From NCBI GenBank assembly GCA_036172245.1, contig JAYWIR010000003.1, forward strand, positions 3,906,001 through 3,970,000: a stretch of 64,000 nt of DNA, given 5' to 3'. The notes below the pieces were generated by a model that saw nothing but the letters and a program-made list of their open reading frames with translations, had not been told where the DNA came from and did not search any database. Below are positions 1 to 12,449 of this stretch, piece after piece (positions within the stretch are counted from its first letter, which is position 1; each line of letters starts with the position of its first letter). Source of the DNA: Raillietiella orientalis. Taxonomy: Eukaryota. A program made the position numbers and the translations under genes.

Positions 1-189
1 TGACAGCTGCCTACCGGCGAGGTGGGAGGTCACCTGCACCATCGCAGGAGCGACCAGACCCATCGGCGGCTGTAGGACTAACGAGCTGGCAGAAGCCGCC
101 ACGCCTCGCAACATCCCGAAGGGACTCCTTCGGTGGAGCGAACTCTCGCCCCCGGAAGAACTTGTGATCCCTTCCTCGTGCGTGGACAC

Positions 190-830
190 TTCTGTGTACC
201 CCCTTTCGCGGAAACAGGACGTGATCCTGCTGGAGCATTGGGGCTTCCGTCACGAACCTTGTTTCCGGGGGAGTTGTCTCCCCGAACTGTACATGCAGCA
301 GAAACGCTCCAGCATCTCGTTTTCGACTGCAGTGTCCTCCAAAGACTGTGGCGAAGGCTGGCCTCAGCTCTCCTGCCCCAGGGGTACACCGCAAGGGATT
401 TGATGCGCTGCATCTTCACGCCAGGCGGCCTGTCCTTAGTTGCTGTCCTTGCAACGGTCTGTTTGTTGCACCCGCGCCATCGACAAGGCCCACCGAGAGC
501 TGGAGAAGCTGGCCATTCTTCGTCAGCCCACCGGATTAGCCGACGAGAACATGATGTCGGAAGACGGAAGACGTGAGGAGCGAGATCTCCGGCATCCACC
601 GCCGGTTCTGAAGGAAAGGAGCGGCCAAAGCCAAAAACCCCTGTCCCCTACCCTCCCCAATTTTTTATTTATATTTTTTTGCATGTGTATTTGTGGTCCC
701 CTCCCTCCCGTCCCAGACTTTCGGTTTTCAGTTTACTTTCGGTTTACTGCGTTTTGGGGATCCCTCTATGCGTTTTTCTGTGTCCTTTGTCCGGGAACCG
801 TGTTCCCGGATAGTTTAGAAATAAACGTCC
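190..830 (+). mobile_element. 3' end of L1/Tx1-like LINE (zf-RVT/CCHC C-terminus + 3' UTR), copy A
   Basis: Frameshifted LEHWG..NCTCS..ETLQHLVFDCSVLQRLW, a CCHC knuckle of non-LTR ORF2. U-rich 3' UTR, 9-bp hairpin at 790-810, AATAAA at 820-825. Bases 570-830 are homologous to the minus-strand copy at 46820-47170. Confidence 0.75.
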
Positions 831-1449
831 CGGCGCACCCAGGTGGGAAGCAGCGGGTCGCCTGCGGCCCGAGAGCGGAGCCGCTTCTTTTGAGAAGGGT
901 GTCGGGAGGACGGGCGATATCCGAAGGGACTTCTCCGCGGATGCCACCGTCGGTGGGAGGAGGCACCCCGGCCCTCTGCAGAATGTCGCGCTCTCTCTCC
1001 CTGCGCCTCGCCGAAGAATGGAAGCTGCAGGGCGAGAGGAATCCCACGAGAAACGTTCGGGAAGTCCTTCCCCTTTCCCTGCCATCGTCCTCCCCGGTCC
1101 CCTTCGTCCCTTTTTCCCTTTCAAGGAGAGGAACGGGAAGCAACGAAGAGGGCTCGGCGAACTACGGGAGATGCGGGGGCTTCGCCTGGACCAAAGGATG
1201 TGGAGAAAGGGACCGCCCGTCGGAGACCGCCGGGTTTCGTCGGGACCGAGAAGCGGGACGGGAAGATTCCTGGAGCGGGGCCGTCGGGAGGAGTCCACAG
1301 AGGAAGGGACTCCTGTCCTACACCTCCTTGGATGGCCGCTCAGCTTCACTCCTGGGCAGGGGGTCACCTCCGCCTCTGCGGCGCCGTCCGCGAGCCTGAG
1401 GCGTGCGTTCGGAAGGCTCCGGGAACCGCGTGCCCCGCATCGGAAGTGC

Positions 1450-2420
1450 TCGAGCGGGGTAGAGGGGGAAGGGGGAAAAGATAGAACATGCCGGGAGCTC
1501 TGTGACCCGTGGAAGACCGCGGACTCTTTGGACGCATCGATTTTTCCAGAAAGATTTCCTGGCAGCTCTGGTCTCCCTCCCTTCGGCAGCCCCCGTTAAG
1601 TTCCGTGCGCGCGCAACACCGCACGGGCACCTAGTCGGCGCGGTGAGAGAAGGCAAACGGAAACCATGGCTGAACTTTGACCTTCGGGAAAACTGCTCAG
1701 AGCAGCGGTTGCCGCGGAAGCAGTCTCCAGACGCCATTCCGTGGGAGCCTCACGGGCCTCCCGCAAGGAAAGCGTTCGCCCCTTCCCACTCCACCTCTCG
1801 AGCAGGTCCTCGCGGAGGTGCGCGCCTCCGAGGAATTCGCCCGCGCCGCGTTCCTCAGCGCCGGGGGTCACACAGGCGCAAAATGCGAGGCAAGAGGGGT
1901 GCGCAGGAGGAAAGCGGGTACTCGGTGGACGGCAGGTCGACCCGGGGAGGGAGGAGGAGAAAGGGGAAGTCGGGAGATCTTGGATCGCGAACAGTCTCCG
2001 AGATGCAAAGACAGGCTTAGACGGTACCTCGGGGAGGGAGGGAGATAGGAACTTGCTTGACCTGCAAGGGAAGGAGCAGGAAGCAATTGGCTCCTGGAGG
2101 GGGTCGTTGGTTCGGACGTCACGGCGGGCACCCTCAAGATCTGAGGGAAACGGAACGGGGATGCCGGCGGCGACCATGGACCAGCAGCGTCGCAGCACGG
2201 GCTTCCTCCGAACGGAGTGGTGTCCGGAAATCCGTTAGCATCCCTGAAAGGAGATGCAGACCGTGCTGGAAAATCCGGAGCTTCCGGAAAAAACCTGTAC
2301 CACGGCAACCTCGATCGCACCGCCGAATGCGCTCGCTTGAGCGTTACGGAGCGCACGCAGCCTCGCTCGGAGACCGGCCGACGACGAGGGCCGCGTGGCT
2401 GCCTCTCAGCGCCATCGTGC
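1450..2420 (+). pseudogene. Degraded LINE ORF1 (gag-like knuckle) and possible start of ORF2 endonuclease
   Basis: GHTGAKCE knuckle remnant at ~1865-1890. LASLKG at ~2235 resembles the LKVASLN APE start seen at 43617. Weak and motif-level only. Confidence 0.35.
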
Positions 2421-2424
2421 GGAC

Positions 2425-2875
2425 TTCTCCAGAGGAAGGAGTCCGTTCCTCTTACGATTGGGAAGAAACCCCGAACGGAAGCTCTCCCTTGTTCTCTCCA
2501 GAGGGATCTCCCGAAGGGGAAGCCGCTCCTCGTTTCTTCTTCGAAGGGAATCCGAAAAGAATCCGCTCCTGGAATTTCTTCTCCGGAGGGACTCCCCGCA
2601 AGGAAACCACCCCTTGTCTTGTCTGAGCTCCTCTGAAGGGAATCCCGAAGGGACGCTTTCAAATTTCTCTGGAGGGCTCGTTCCTCGAAGGGAGCAGCGT
2701 GCTCCTTACACTCGAGAGGGACAACCCCCCGAGAAGGCATCGACCAGCTCCATTTGCACAACCGGAGGGCAACTCCGAAGGACCTCCTGGGTTCCTGGAA
2801 GGACCCCGGAGGGTCAACTTCCAATCCCGGTCAGTCAACGGAGGCAGCCGGGGGTTTCCGGCTTCCACTAGTGCC
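2425..2875 (+). repeat. Dispersed monomer module (copy 1): ~9 diverged ~40-bp units, core TCCGGAGGGA..CCCGAAGGGA
   Basis: Internal periodicity is visible directly. Colinear homology to 41965-42455, 44340-44590 and 46590-46815 (minus). Shared strings include gaaggagtccgttcctctt and atccgctcctggaatttctt (copies 1 and 2) and gagggacaacccccgaga-like (copies 1 and 4). Confidence 0.8.
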
Positions 2876-2904
2876 TTCTTCCTCCCTTCCTTCTCCTCTC
2901 TCGG

Positions 2905-3635
2905 AGGAAGACCTGCAGTGACCCTCGGTGCTCATGAACACCCGCACTCTCCCCTTAAAGTGGTAGGAGGCGGTACTGATGCTGCTGCATTGGGGCCTCC
3001 CATGCAACGCCCGCCGGCATCTGTGGACAAGGGGGAAGGAGGTGGACATAAACTGTGCAGGGTGTGGGGAGCGCGAATCCCTTCCGCACCTCTTAGTGGA
3101 TTGTGTTGCCCTCCGATCCCTTTGAGGACTCTTCGCCGCGACCCTTGGAACCCCCTGGTGACAGTTTCAGAGACGTTTGAAAACACCTCTTGCCGCACGA
3201 CAACCTCGCGCCGGCCGCATCCCTGTCAGCACTGTGCTGCCCACGCGGCGGGACCGTGGCTGCATGGAACAACACCAGAAGAGGACAGAACGACAAGGAC
3301 GCCATCTATTTTGCTGTCCTCTTCATGAGGATGGCATATCAAGATGGCCCGTCTGGGAACTTCAAAACAGGAACTTGCCAGCATCCTTACAAGGATGCAG
3401 AGGACGCCCTCCAGCACAAACTGATCCCTTCCCGAATCCCCCCAGTTTTTTGACTGTATTTTTTTTTTTTTTTTGTCTCCCCTTCCCCTGTGCTGCCGAG
3501 GCGAACCTCACTGGCCTGCGCGCCAGTTCTTGGCAGGTTTCTTCTTGTATTCATGAGTAATGTGGCAGGATCAAAAGTTCTGCCACCGACATATGGGTTT
3601 ATTTTGTCAATAAACGCTCCGGCGTGACCGGGTGT
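2905..3635 (+). mobile_element. 5'-truncated L1/Tx1-like LINE 3' end, copy B
   Basis: VLMNTRTLPLKW*EAVLMLLHWGLPCNARRHLWT..VDINCAGCGERESLPHLLVDCVALRSL, an intact C-x2-C-x7-H-x4-C. Also DKDAIYFAVLFMRMA. Structured 3' UTR and AATAAA at 3609-3614. Clearly homologous to 34445-35210 and 37480-38240. Confidence 0.85.
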
Positions 3636-3689
3636 CAACCAGTGCCTCACGCGTGGTCTATGAGCCAACTAGAGTCGTCCTAAGGGGGA

Positions 3690-4900
3690 GGAGACGGATT
3701 CCAGAATGCCCCTCCGGCGTCGATGAGGGCTGCGTGGACACGACACACCCTCCCTTTCCATTCTGGGCGTCGATGTCCCTACGTGGGGATTAGAACCCCG
3801 AACGCGCGGTTCTGCCGGCGGGGAACTGCATCTTAGCGCCATAGTGCAGACACTCGAAACCCAAGATGCATCCAACCCGGGCATCAATCCTCGTGAACGT
3901 GCTGAATCCTGCGAGCCTCGGCGCCACAATCGGATGCTATGTCCACACGACCACCCTCGGAGGACATTCCAGAAGCTCTCGTGGAGAAGTGAGTCCATTC
4001 GTCGGGACGCCACCACGGTCATCAGGCGCGGGGTTAGACTCCCACATCGTTCCACGGAGCTGCTGCTGTCAGGGGTATGAGCCCGGCTGACTCAACACGT
4101 GCTCGACGCTGAGAAATTTCCGGTGACTCCGAACGGCGCCAACAACCAAAAGTGGACGGAAGACTTCCAACGTTGGGTTACCTAAGCACGTCGTTCCTCG
4201 TCGAATCCCTAGGACACCAATGGCGGTGGCTTCCAGGAACGCTGGCCGTCGACGAAGCGGACGATGCTGACCTTTCAGATGGAAAATTCTTCGGCGGCTC
4301 CATTTGTTGCCGCAGGGCAACTCAGAGGAGTAGCATTTCTGTGCATACGCAAAAGAAAAGACGTTTGTCGCCGGGGGCACGGACCGCAGGCGAACGGGTC
4401 CGTGCGGGCTGCAGCAGCAATTCGGGCCGTCGCAGCACTGCCAGGTCCTCTGCTTCCCCGTGGTGGCCGAGCGCCCTTCACGTTTCTAATCCGTGCCGCC
4501 TGCGGTCCAAAAGCCGAAAGCATCCACGGGCTCTTTCGAATTTCGAATCGCGTTCGGGAAACAGGAAGAGCGCAAAACGGAGGGACTCTCGAGGAATTTT
4601 CCTGGAAGACGCGCCTCGCTTTGGAACTCTTCGCGACTCCAGGGGACACTGTCGGTCGTTCCTGGATAGCGAGCAGGGGGAGGGGGGAGGATTGAGAGGA
4701 TCTCCACCGTCGTGCTTTTCCCGGCTCCACATCGCCCTGAACATCATGTTGGGATCAATGGGATCCCCAGCATCCCCAAAAGCAAGAGGACACTAGGACG
4801 CCTGACACCTGGTGCTTGCTCCCCCGTGAGCTCACCCTGGGCAGAGAATTCAGGCTGGGGCGCTCTCTTTAAGTCTGGCAAGAACCGGCACGAGGGTGGG
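3690..4900 (-). pseudogene. Heavily degraded non-LTR reverse transcriptase remnant
   Basis: Minus-strand remnants in the expected order: QAPG (~4815), LAF.D.GD..MFRAMW, and TTCLGNP (a YLG-like motif, ~4185). Spacing is compressed and the match is weak. Confidence 0.3.
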
Positions 4901-5544
4901 CAGTCCAGCGGGGCGGCGGCTGCGCCTCGGCCCAGGAAAACCAATGAAAGAATCTCCACGGCAGTTGAATCAGGTGAATTCCTTCGGTCTTTTGATGCTG
5001 GAGAAAGGAGAGGATGATGTCAGTGGTTGATGACCAAGTCAGCCCCATTTGCAATCCCCGCAGGGACCTGATCGAGTGGAGTACATCCAGCTGCCGGTGA
5101 AGTAGCAGGAATGGAGCTGAGGAAAATTTAGTGGAAAAGTTCCAATGGATCTCATGGGCTGAAGATCAAAACCAGTGTTCAGCTCCGCGCGGAACCAGAA
5201 AGATTCCTTGGGGACTGAGGAATCCAATGAAGTGCATGGGATGAAGAACAAAACCAGCGATCAGCTTCAGAAGGAACCAGAAAAGTTCTTTCGGAACTGA
5301 GGAAATAATTCTTAAGCCGTTTCTGCTCCTGAAGCGGAGGCTGGAAAATGTTCAACTCCATGAGTGGAAGCAGAAGTGGCCGAGCACTTCAGCGGCTCTT
5401 TAGCAGAAGATGCTCCCAGGATATGGCAATGAGAACATTCTTCCGGCAGCAGAAGACTTCAGCAGTAGATAAAGCAGAGAAGAACATTCTGACTTCTGGG
5501 CAAGGAAGGTTTCAGAGACTTTCAGACGGATACCCCACAGAACG

Positions 5545-6445
5545 GTTCCAATCAAAATCCTCCACCTCGAAATCTCGAAAGATCATAAAAATATATATAT
5601 GCATTTTTATCACGAATATTAATGTACATATATATATATATGTATATATATATATGTATAGAGAGAGAGAGAGAAATTAATATATATTATAAAAATCATA
5701 AAATAAGTAGATATATTTATATGTAAATTAATATATCATATAGATTATAAAAAATAAATGTATGTGCTCGTTATGTCTATTTAGATGTATATATTTATGT
5801 ATAGAAAAATATTTAAATTTATTTCACCATACGTATTTATCAATGCAATTAATAATATGCACTATTTATTATTGCTATATACATTTAAGGTTATGAAAAA
5901 CAAATATGTACGTCTGTTATAAATAGTAGTATGTATTTCTACATCCATTTATGTATATAATAAATACAAATCGAATGAATACAGAAATATCGAAATATAA
6001 AAAATAAAAAACATTGGTAACGATGAAGGATGGTGGGCAAAAATAAAAAAGCAAACAGATTGAAAAAAAAGAATGAAGAAATCCTGCATTTCATTTTCCC
6101 ATCATTACCACCACTCTATAAATGACACAGGATGAGTTCCATTTGGAGGATTTTCATCCTTTGATAAATAAATATATTCATGATTCGATATTTATATATT
6201 CATTTAATATATATTTATTATGTACATAAATATACAAAATCACATGTATTTATTTTTTACGATCTTTTATATGAATATAAATAATATATTTATGCATGCG
6301 GATTGCATCAATAATATGTATGTTAACAGATATTGATAAATGCGTACATTAATCTACATACATGCACTAATGCACATAATAGACACATCTATTTATTTTT
6401 TATGCTCTTTCGAGGTTTCAGCATGCGGGATTTTGAAGGAAACCC
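5545..6445. mobile_element. AT-rich foldback/MITE-like degenerate palindrome (~900 bp)
   Basis: Left end tcaaaatcc..gaaatctcgaaagatcataaaaa matches the reverse complement of the right end (tcaaaatcc..gaaacctcgaaagagcataaaaa). Inner arms 5947-5994 and 6184-6231 are also near reverse complements. acgtatttatcaat (5831) pairs with attgataaatgcgt (6332). Confidence 0.7.
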
Positions 6446-7999
6446 CCCAGAGAAAAGTCTGAAGGAATTACAGCATCTTCCAGGAGTGCCAAATACGCGT
6501 TCTCCCCTTCCGTAGAGCAGCGGTGGCCCAAACAACCCTTTTCTGGTCAGCATAGGAACCAACTCTCCCTTCGCCAACCCTTGAGGCCAATCTGAAGATT
6601 CTCAGGCCACTTCCATGCCATCCATGACGAATTCCTGGCCACAGTTTATTCGTGAAAACTCGCGTTGAACCCTTCGTCAAAGGGAAGCAGCTGACCAAAC
6701 GAAAAGCAGTACAGGATGCGGCTTGGTCATCATACCACGATTGCCGCTAGCGAAACTTGCCAAGTTCACTGGAAGCACGTGCTCTTCCGTGCATAACATC
6801 GAAGAATATCTTTGCTGCGGCTTACCTTTTTCTTAAGCGCTCCTTATCAAGTGCCTCGGTCGTAAGAGGTCTGAGGTCAGACGTGGTCCGAGTAAACCTT
6901 GTGGAGATGGAAGTTCCAAGTGAATTTGCCTCTTCTGTTGAGCATCTGACCTCCTTTCCCACAGACCAGGTCGGTGAGAAAGCTCTGCATCGTGACTGCA
7001 GGTTGAGAAGGTGCTTTCTGATCGTCCTTCCATCTCTCTAACTTTGCAACACCCGAGCTATGGGTGCCGCGATGGAGATTTTCTCAGAGTCTGGGTCGTC
7101 CCTGTATCTCGAAACTCATCCTCCCTCGCGAAGGAGGCCGAAGGAATACGTGGCTGCTAAGGATGAAACTCATTTTTCTTTCTTTTTTTTTTTGTTCCTC
7201 CTGAATAAACACTTCGCAGGGAATCTCGCGTGTGGAGTGCATCAACATCCGAAGAGCAGATGTTCCATCTCGTCGTTCGCGCAGGAGTTCAATGAAGGTG
7301 AAGAGCTCGCTGAAGGACTTTCCAAAACACCGGCGCGACACATCCATTTTCACATTCGTTTCCCTGTATTCGTGAGGGGAAAGCGAAATTCGTTTCCTTA
7401 TGGGGAACGAACTTATGGGGAGGTCGACTTCGACTTCGCTCCACGAGGAATGCCCACGGCATTTCGACAAGGACTCCAGCGCTCCGCGAGAGCACATCCC
7501 AATTTCCAGAAGAGCGAAATACGGGAAGAAGAAATCCGACCCTGTCTCTTCGTCTTGGGTGGGGGTGCAACGTTTCCGACCCGGGACCCTCGCTCAGATT
7601 AAATGCACTGACTTTCCTCGCGGGTCATGATTCAAGGAATGCCGCTGGCCTGCAGGTGGGTAGCTGAGACGGAAGCGCGCACCGCGAAGGAGGCCGAGAG
7701 GGATACGTGGCTGCTAAGGATAAAGCTCTTCCGCCCTGAAAAGCGAGGTTCTCGCGTTCGGCGCGTGATGAGAATTTTACGACGAGTCTCTCATCTCAAA
7801 ACTCTCATCCAAGCAGGATCGTGAGACGGAGATGCGTCTCTAGCGCTCGCGGGCTGTGGTTTCAGCGCAATGCAGTAATTCTAGAACCGTATGCAAAACT
7901 CCCGAAGACATGAGTTTCGCGTGAGGTTCTCATGGAGTGAAACGTCCCGCAACGCCTCATGCAGGGAGACATTACCTTTCAAATCAGTCAATTGGACGA

Positions 8000-8700
8000 C
8001 TTCTTGGGGTGCGGACAGACCTCATCAAATTACCTTAAGAAAATTCCTGCGAAGCCGACCTCTGGATAGCTGGCGTTCATCGAAGCGAAAAAGGAACGGA
8101 GTCCCATCGGGTAAGGCGAATGATCAGAGACCTTGGAGCCGAATGACGTCACCTTATTCTCAACCTTCAAGTGAGTGAGACGTCCGGTTCGCTTGAAAGC
8201 TGAAGCCCGGACTCTGGAATCCATGAGCGCCCAGTTTGGTAAGCGGATGAACCGAACTGCGGGATGAACCGAACCTTTGGGTTACGGAGCTACCGGCGAG
8301 ACGCTCATTGGAACCCATGAGAGGTGTTGCTTGCTGTGGACAGCAGGACTCTAAGGCCATGGAAGTCGGAATCCGCTAAGGACCGTCGGCAGCGATTCAC
8401 CTGCCGAAGCAGCCGGCCGTGAAGATGAAGGGCTCTCGAGCGTCGAGCCATACACCCAGCCTCCTGGACGGAGCCGTTCCTGAGGTCGACAGGTTCCTCG
8501 GGTTCCGGAGAGTAGGAGGATCGCGACGGTGAGCGCAGAAGAGTTTGGGCGCGAGCTCGCCTGAGCCTCCGTCGACGCGGATCTTGGTGGTAGCAGCAAA
8601 TAATCCGGTGAAATCCTAAAGGTTTGAGACGGATGAGGGCTCCATGACAACAGCCTCTGACAAGGGTTCAGTAAATCCCGAGTCCCCGGAGAAATCCGTC
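8000..8700 (-). pseudogene. Degraded APE-type endonuclease of a LINE ORF2
   Basis: Minus strand: VAILL (~8520), a DSDFH GDFN-like remnant (~8365) and VSDHSP (8115-8132), in correct order. Confidence 0.45.
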
Positions 8701-8949
8701 GTGCAATGCGAGCGGCTAAAAAAAGAAGATCCCTCTGGTTCTATTTTGGTTCCTTAACGAACCCTGGATTACACTCATCGGGAAGGTTACACCCATGGAA
8801 AAGGAGCCGCACAGTTTAAAACTTGCGATTTGCTTGGCCCTACGAAAGAGTTGCGCTGATGGAAAATATCAAGGATTCCTCGTCTCTTAGTAACTGCAGA
8901 ATAGAGTTAAAACATCCTCTGTAGGTGAAGAATATAAGGGAGGCGTCGA

Positions 8950-9920
8950 GGGACAGAAAGGAATACAACCCAGACCAAACTCTAGTCTTGTGCCAGGATA
9001 CGCCAGCGGTCCGGAGTGACTTTGCAAGCTACGCAATCATGGACACGACAACGATACTTACATCATTCTAGGGTACTTCGTTATGTCGAAAGCATCTCCG
9101 GCAGCTTCACACTCAGGACCCGTGAAGTGTGGAAGAACCACCACGACTTCGCGTGGTCCAGAGTAACGAAGACTAACATTCGCCGACTAATAGTGGAACA
9201 ACGGGACACCAGTGCCCTCCAAGATGCCGCCGACCGTTACGCTAGTAGTGGATGTAATCCACTAGCGATTGGAACGGTGCTCTGGAGGAGTGATTTACCA
9301 CCGGACGCTCAGGATAACCTCCTCATGTTCTTCCACGGAGGCATCCTGAGTGGTTCCAGGATGAAGCTCTTCACAGGACGAAGAGAAGAAGAAATCTGCA
9401 GAGCATGTGGTGGAGATAGATAGATACAAGACTTCACGTCTTGACCTGCCCCACATTTGCAAACTGAGTGGACTACCCTGAAAAGGGTCATCGAGCCAGC
9501 CAACGCCTCGACCATGGAGGTCTTGGCAGGGATGTTTTAGGGAACTGGAACGGTTCCCCGCTATAACCCCATGGTAAGAGTGACCATCGCCCTTTTTATC
9601 ACCACCATTCTTGTGCGGTGCTGGAAGATGAAGACCACCAGGACCACCGTATCTCCACTGGACATCCCGAAAGGGCTCATCCAGAAGGAGATCGGAATCC
9701 GGAACTGCGGACGAGTGCAAGCCTGGAACTACCGTCACATCCGGAGAAGGATTGAAGGAAGCATCTAGGCCCAAACGACCCCAAGGTAAAGGAATGCAGT
9801 AAACTCTTTCAGACATCCCAAGAAGTGAACTTCAGTGAACATTAGTGAAGTGTAATTGCGTACTTTAGGAAACCGTATGATTGCGATTGTAGAGTGAATG
9901 TTTTAAGAAAATAAATTTAC
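8950..9920 (+). mobile_element. 3' end of a second, better-preserved L1/Tx1-like LINE family
   Basis: LWRSDLPPDAQDNLLMFFHGGILSGSRMKLFTG..EEICRACGG..DTRLHVLTCP, a zf-RVT with a local frameshift in a GATA run at ~9415-9427. The same frame continues to TAG at 9766-9768, and AATAAA lies near 9910. Confidence 0.7.
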
Positions 9921-10849
9921 CCCACCCCTCGTGGGACTTGGGGAAAATAGTCTTGTGCCTCTATCGAAATTCTCCAGGTCAGTTTACTTTGACCATCAGC
10001 CATTCTGTCATTCTCCTTTCTCCTTCAAACTCTGTTCTTTCGAAGACTTCTTCACCGAGTTACAGCCTTCTTCCTGTCGACGACGTCGGTTGAGATCACC
10101 TCTGAAACGATCAGATTACGGTGGTTGTTGTCGCCATTGCTAGGGAAGGAAAGCAGCCTCATCTCAAGAAGCTAGACGACGTCGTCAGAGCTGTTTGGTC
10201 CAATCTGCACGATTCTGCACGGGCGCGGAGGACTGAAAGCAGCGTGCGTCACCATCAAGCAGCTCCATGATTCTCACGAGTTTTCCATCTTCGTGGGTTC
10301 CATGAGGACTGAAATTATCAAAATCGGTTCGTTCTGAAACGGTGAGATCGGCTTCTTTCCGTGAATACATGGTTGACAAGACAACGAAGAATACCGAATC
10401 AACCCCTGGAGCCTCTTCGAAGCAAGCTGAGTAACAAAGCAAGCAAGCAAGCTCTGGCAAAGAAGTTCCAAAAAAGCAAAAACAAAAAAAGGAAGAAATT
10501 GCTTGCCGAGACGTTCCAGAAAGGCCAATAAGTTCTTCCCATTCCCACCCGAATCTTCTGAGCTAATCCGATACTCTGAGAGGAACCCATCGATGCCTGG
10601 CAACGCTTCGTGATGCCTTGAAGCGGGAGATCGTAGAACTGCAGTCTACAGCTTCCAAAAGAGTGAGAGGGCCACTGAACAAGCATCGGAGAATCGCAAA
10701 AAAACACCTTTCATGCATTCTTTCTTCCTTTGCATTGCTAAATCGTACGTTTCGTGAGCACCTCCTTGAGTTTCTCTCTCATCAAGATGAAGGAAGTGGC
10801 TGGAGGCGCGGGATCCATCACGATCGGCAAAAAACCAATCGAGACTTCT

Positions 10850-12440
10850 GCACGCGTCGTCATCTTGCTCTGAGGTCCTCGGGTGGGAAATCACAAATGC
10901 ACTGCGACCGGCAAAAATGCTGCTTGCAAGGTCCGATAGCCACTACGATGTCCATGCTGCCCGCTACGACCACGCAAATGGACGCACGTCATACCAAATC
11001 CAGAAAGCTGCCGTGAGCTTTGCCGTAGACTGATAACGGGAAAAAAGCGAGGTGAAGCGTACCAGCTGAGCTCACCTGAGGTCAGATCCCGAACAGCGAC
11101 CGCTTGTCAAGCCAAGTGGATAGGACAGTCCACTTTCATTCCATCCATGAAAATAATTTTCAAGTAGCTAAAAATAGTTCCGGCAACATTCGTCCAGATC
11201 GCGTGGAGAGCAAATCTACCAGATCCATCGGGGTCAGCACACGAGAAAGTCTTCTCGAACTGGATACCGTGCCTCGAGGAAAAGAGAAAACAAAAAAGGC
11301 AGTTCTCGAATTTCCACCGCACAACCGATCCGTTTCGCGTCCGAAAGAACGCTCCTGCATGTGGTCACGCCGATCGCAAGATTCAGACTCATGCAGCATC
11401 TGCAGATGAGGCACGCAGAAACTCTCGTTCGGATCGAGGGGGAGTTTGGAAAGCAAAGCACCAGGGGTGGGCATCGAAAAGAGTCCGCACTGACGTGGAG
11501 GAAGAAGAGCAAATGTTGCTCCCTGTCGACCCTGCTGCCCGGTCACGGAAATGGGGAGCGCTTCCTGTTTGAGAATCCAGAAAGATCCCTAACTAGCTCG
11601 ATTCCTCCCTGATTGATCGGGGGAGGGGCGGAACACGAGCAGTGCAGCCGAATGGGTTTGGTGCCCCATCGTTCCGGAACCACTGGGAGGAGTCGTCCTG
11701 ACCGCTGCTGGTTCCAGAAAAGTGGTGCACGCGCTGAAAGTTTGTCCTTTTGCAGCTGGCGACGGGTGCCGAGATGCTGCTCATCCGTGCTTCCCTACTA
11801 CTTCATCCCGGTGGCCTCTTGGGCTTTCATCTGGCTTCGAAGGTGGTTGTCTTCCCGTGAAAGCCGAGTACAGGCGATTCATCCCAACCCGACGGAAATT
11901 CCTCCATCATTCGCACGCTTCTGCCGTGCTGATACTCCATCTCGTGAATTAGCAAACGCTGGCATGTAATATCTACTCTTCCGTCGCAAGACTCTTGGCG
12001 CTCCATATGCATCCACGGAAATAGGGCCGCGCACGCGCGCGCCTTGTGTCCGTAGGCAGATCGCTTCACCGCCTTCCCCATAGCAGACAACGCTCTTAGA
12101 CAGACCTCCTGATGCCTGCCAATGGGAATTTACATCTTCGCTTCGACTTTCCGTGCGCTGGCTGGACAAAACGACTGCAGGGAGCGAAAAGCTGTGCTTC
12201 TCAAATGATAGGGGGAAAGCAGCTTCGAGTAGGGATCTGCAGGCAGAGAACAAGTTTCCAAGCAACGCTTCCGAGATCAGGTTACCCCTTTGGTGGCGGT
12301 TGCCTTGGATTCCAGACGGGCGATTGCGAGCAGCTAGGGTGAAGTAGGAATCAGAGATCCGGTTTGCATCCAATTCGTTTCCAGGAGAACCGACACGTAC
12401 CTCTGTATCCGAGGATGCTGGATACATGCCGTGAATAGTC
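10850..12440 (-). pseudogene. Degraded LINE ORF2 (endonuclease + RT remnants)
   Basis: Minus-strand remnants: VDAYGAP, SPVLGFH (GDF-like), IQFEKTF (DFEKAF-like) and SMDIVV (YADD-region-like), in ORF2 order. Weak. Confidence 0.35.
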
Positions 12441-12449
12441 AATCACGCT

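Noticed and set aside
440..1399. 319-aa ORF
   Set aside because: Reads through a LINE 3' UTR into GC-rich flank. No coherent domain beyond the LINE C-terminus.
2425..2875. CRISPR-like repeat/spacer appearance of the monomer module
   Set aside because: The units are too divergent and the linkers are short and conserved between dispersed copies. There are no cas genes, and the context is eukaryotic.
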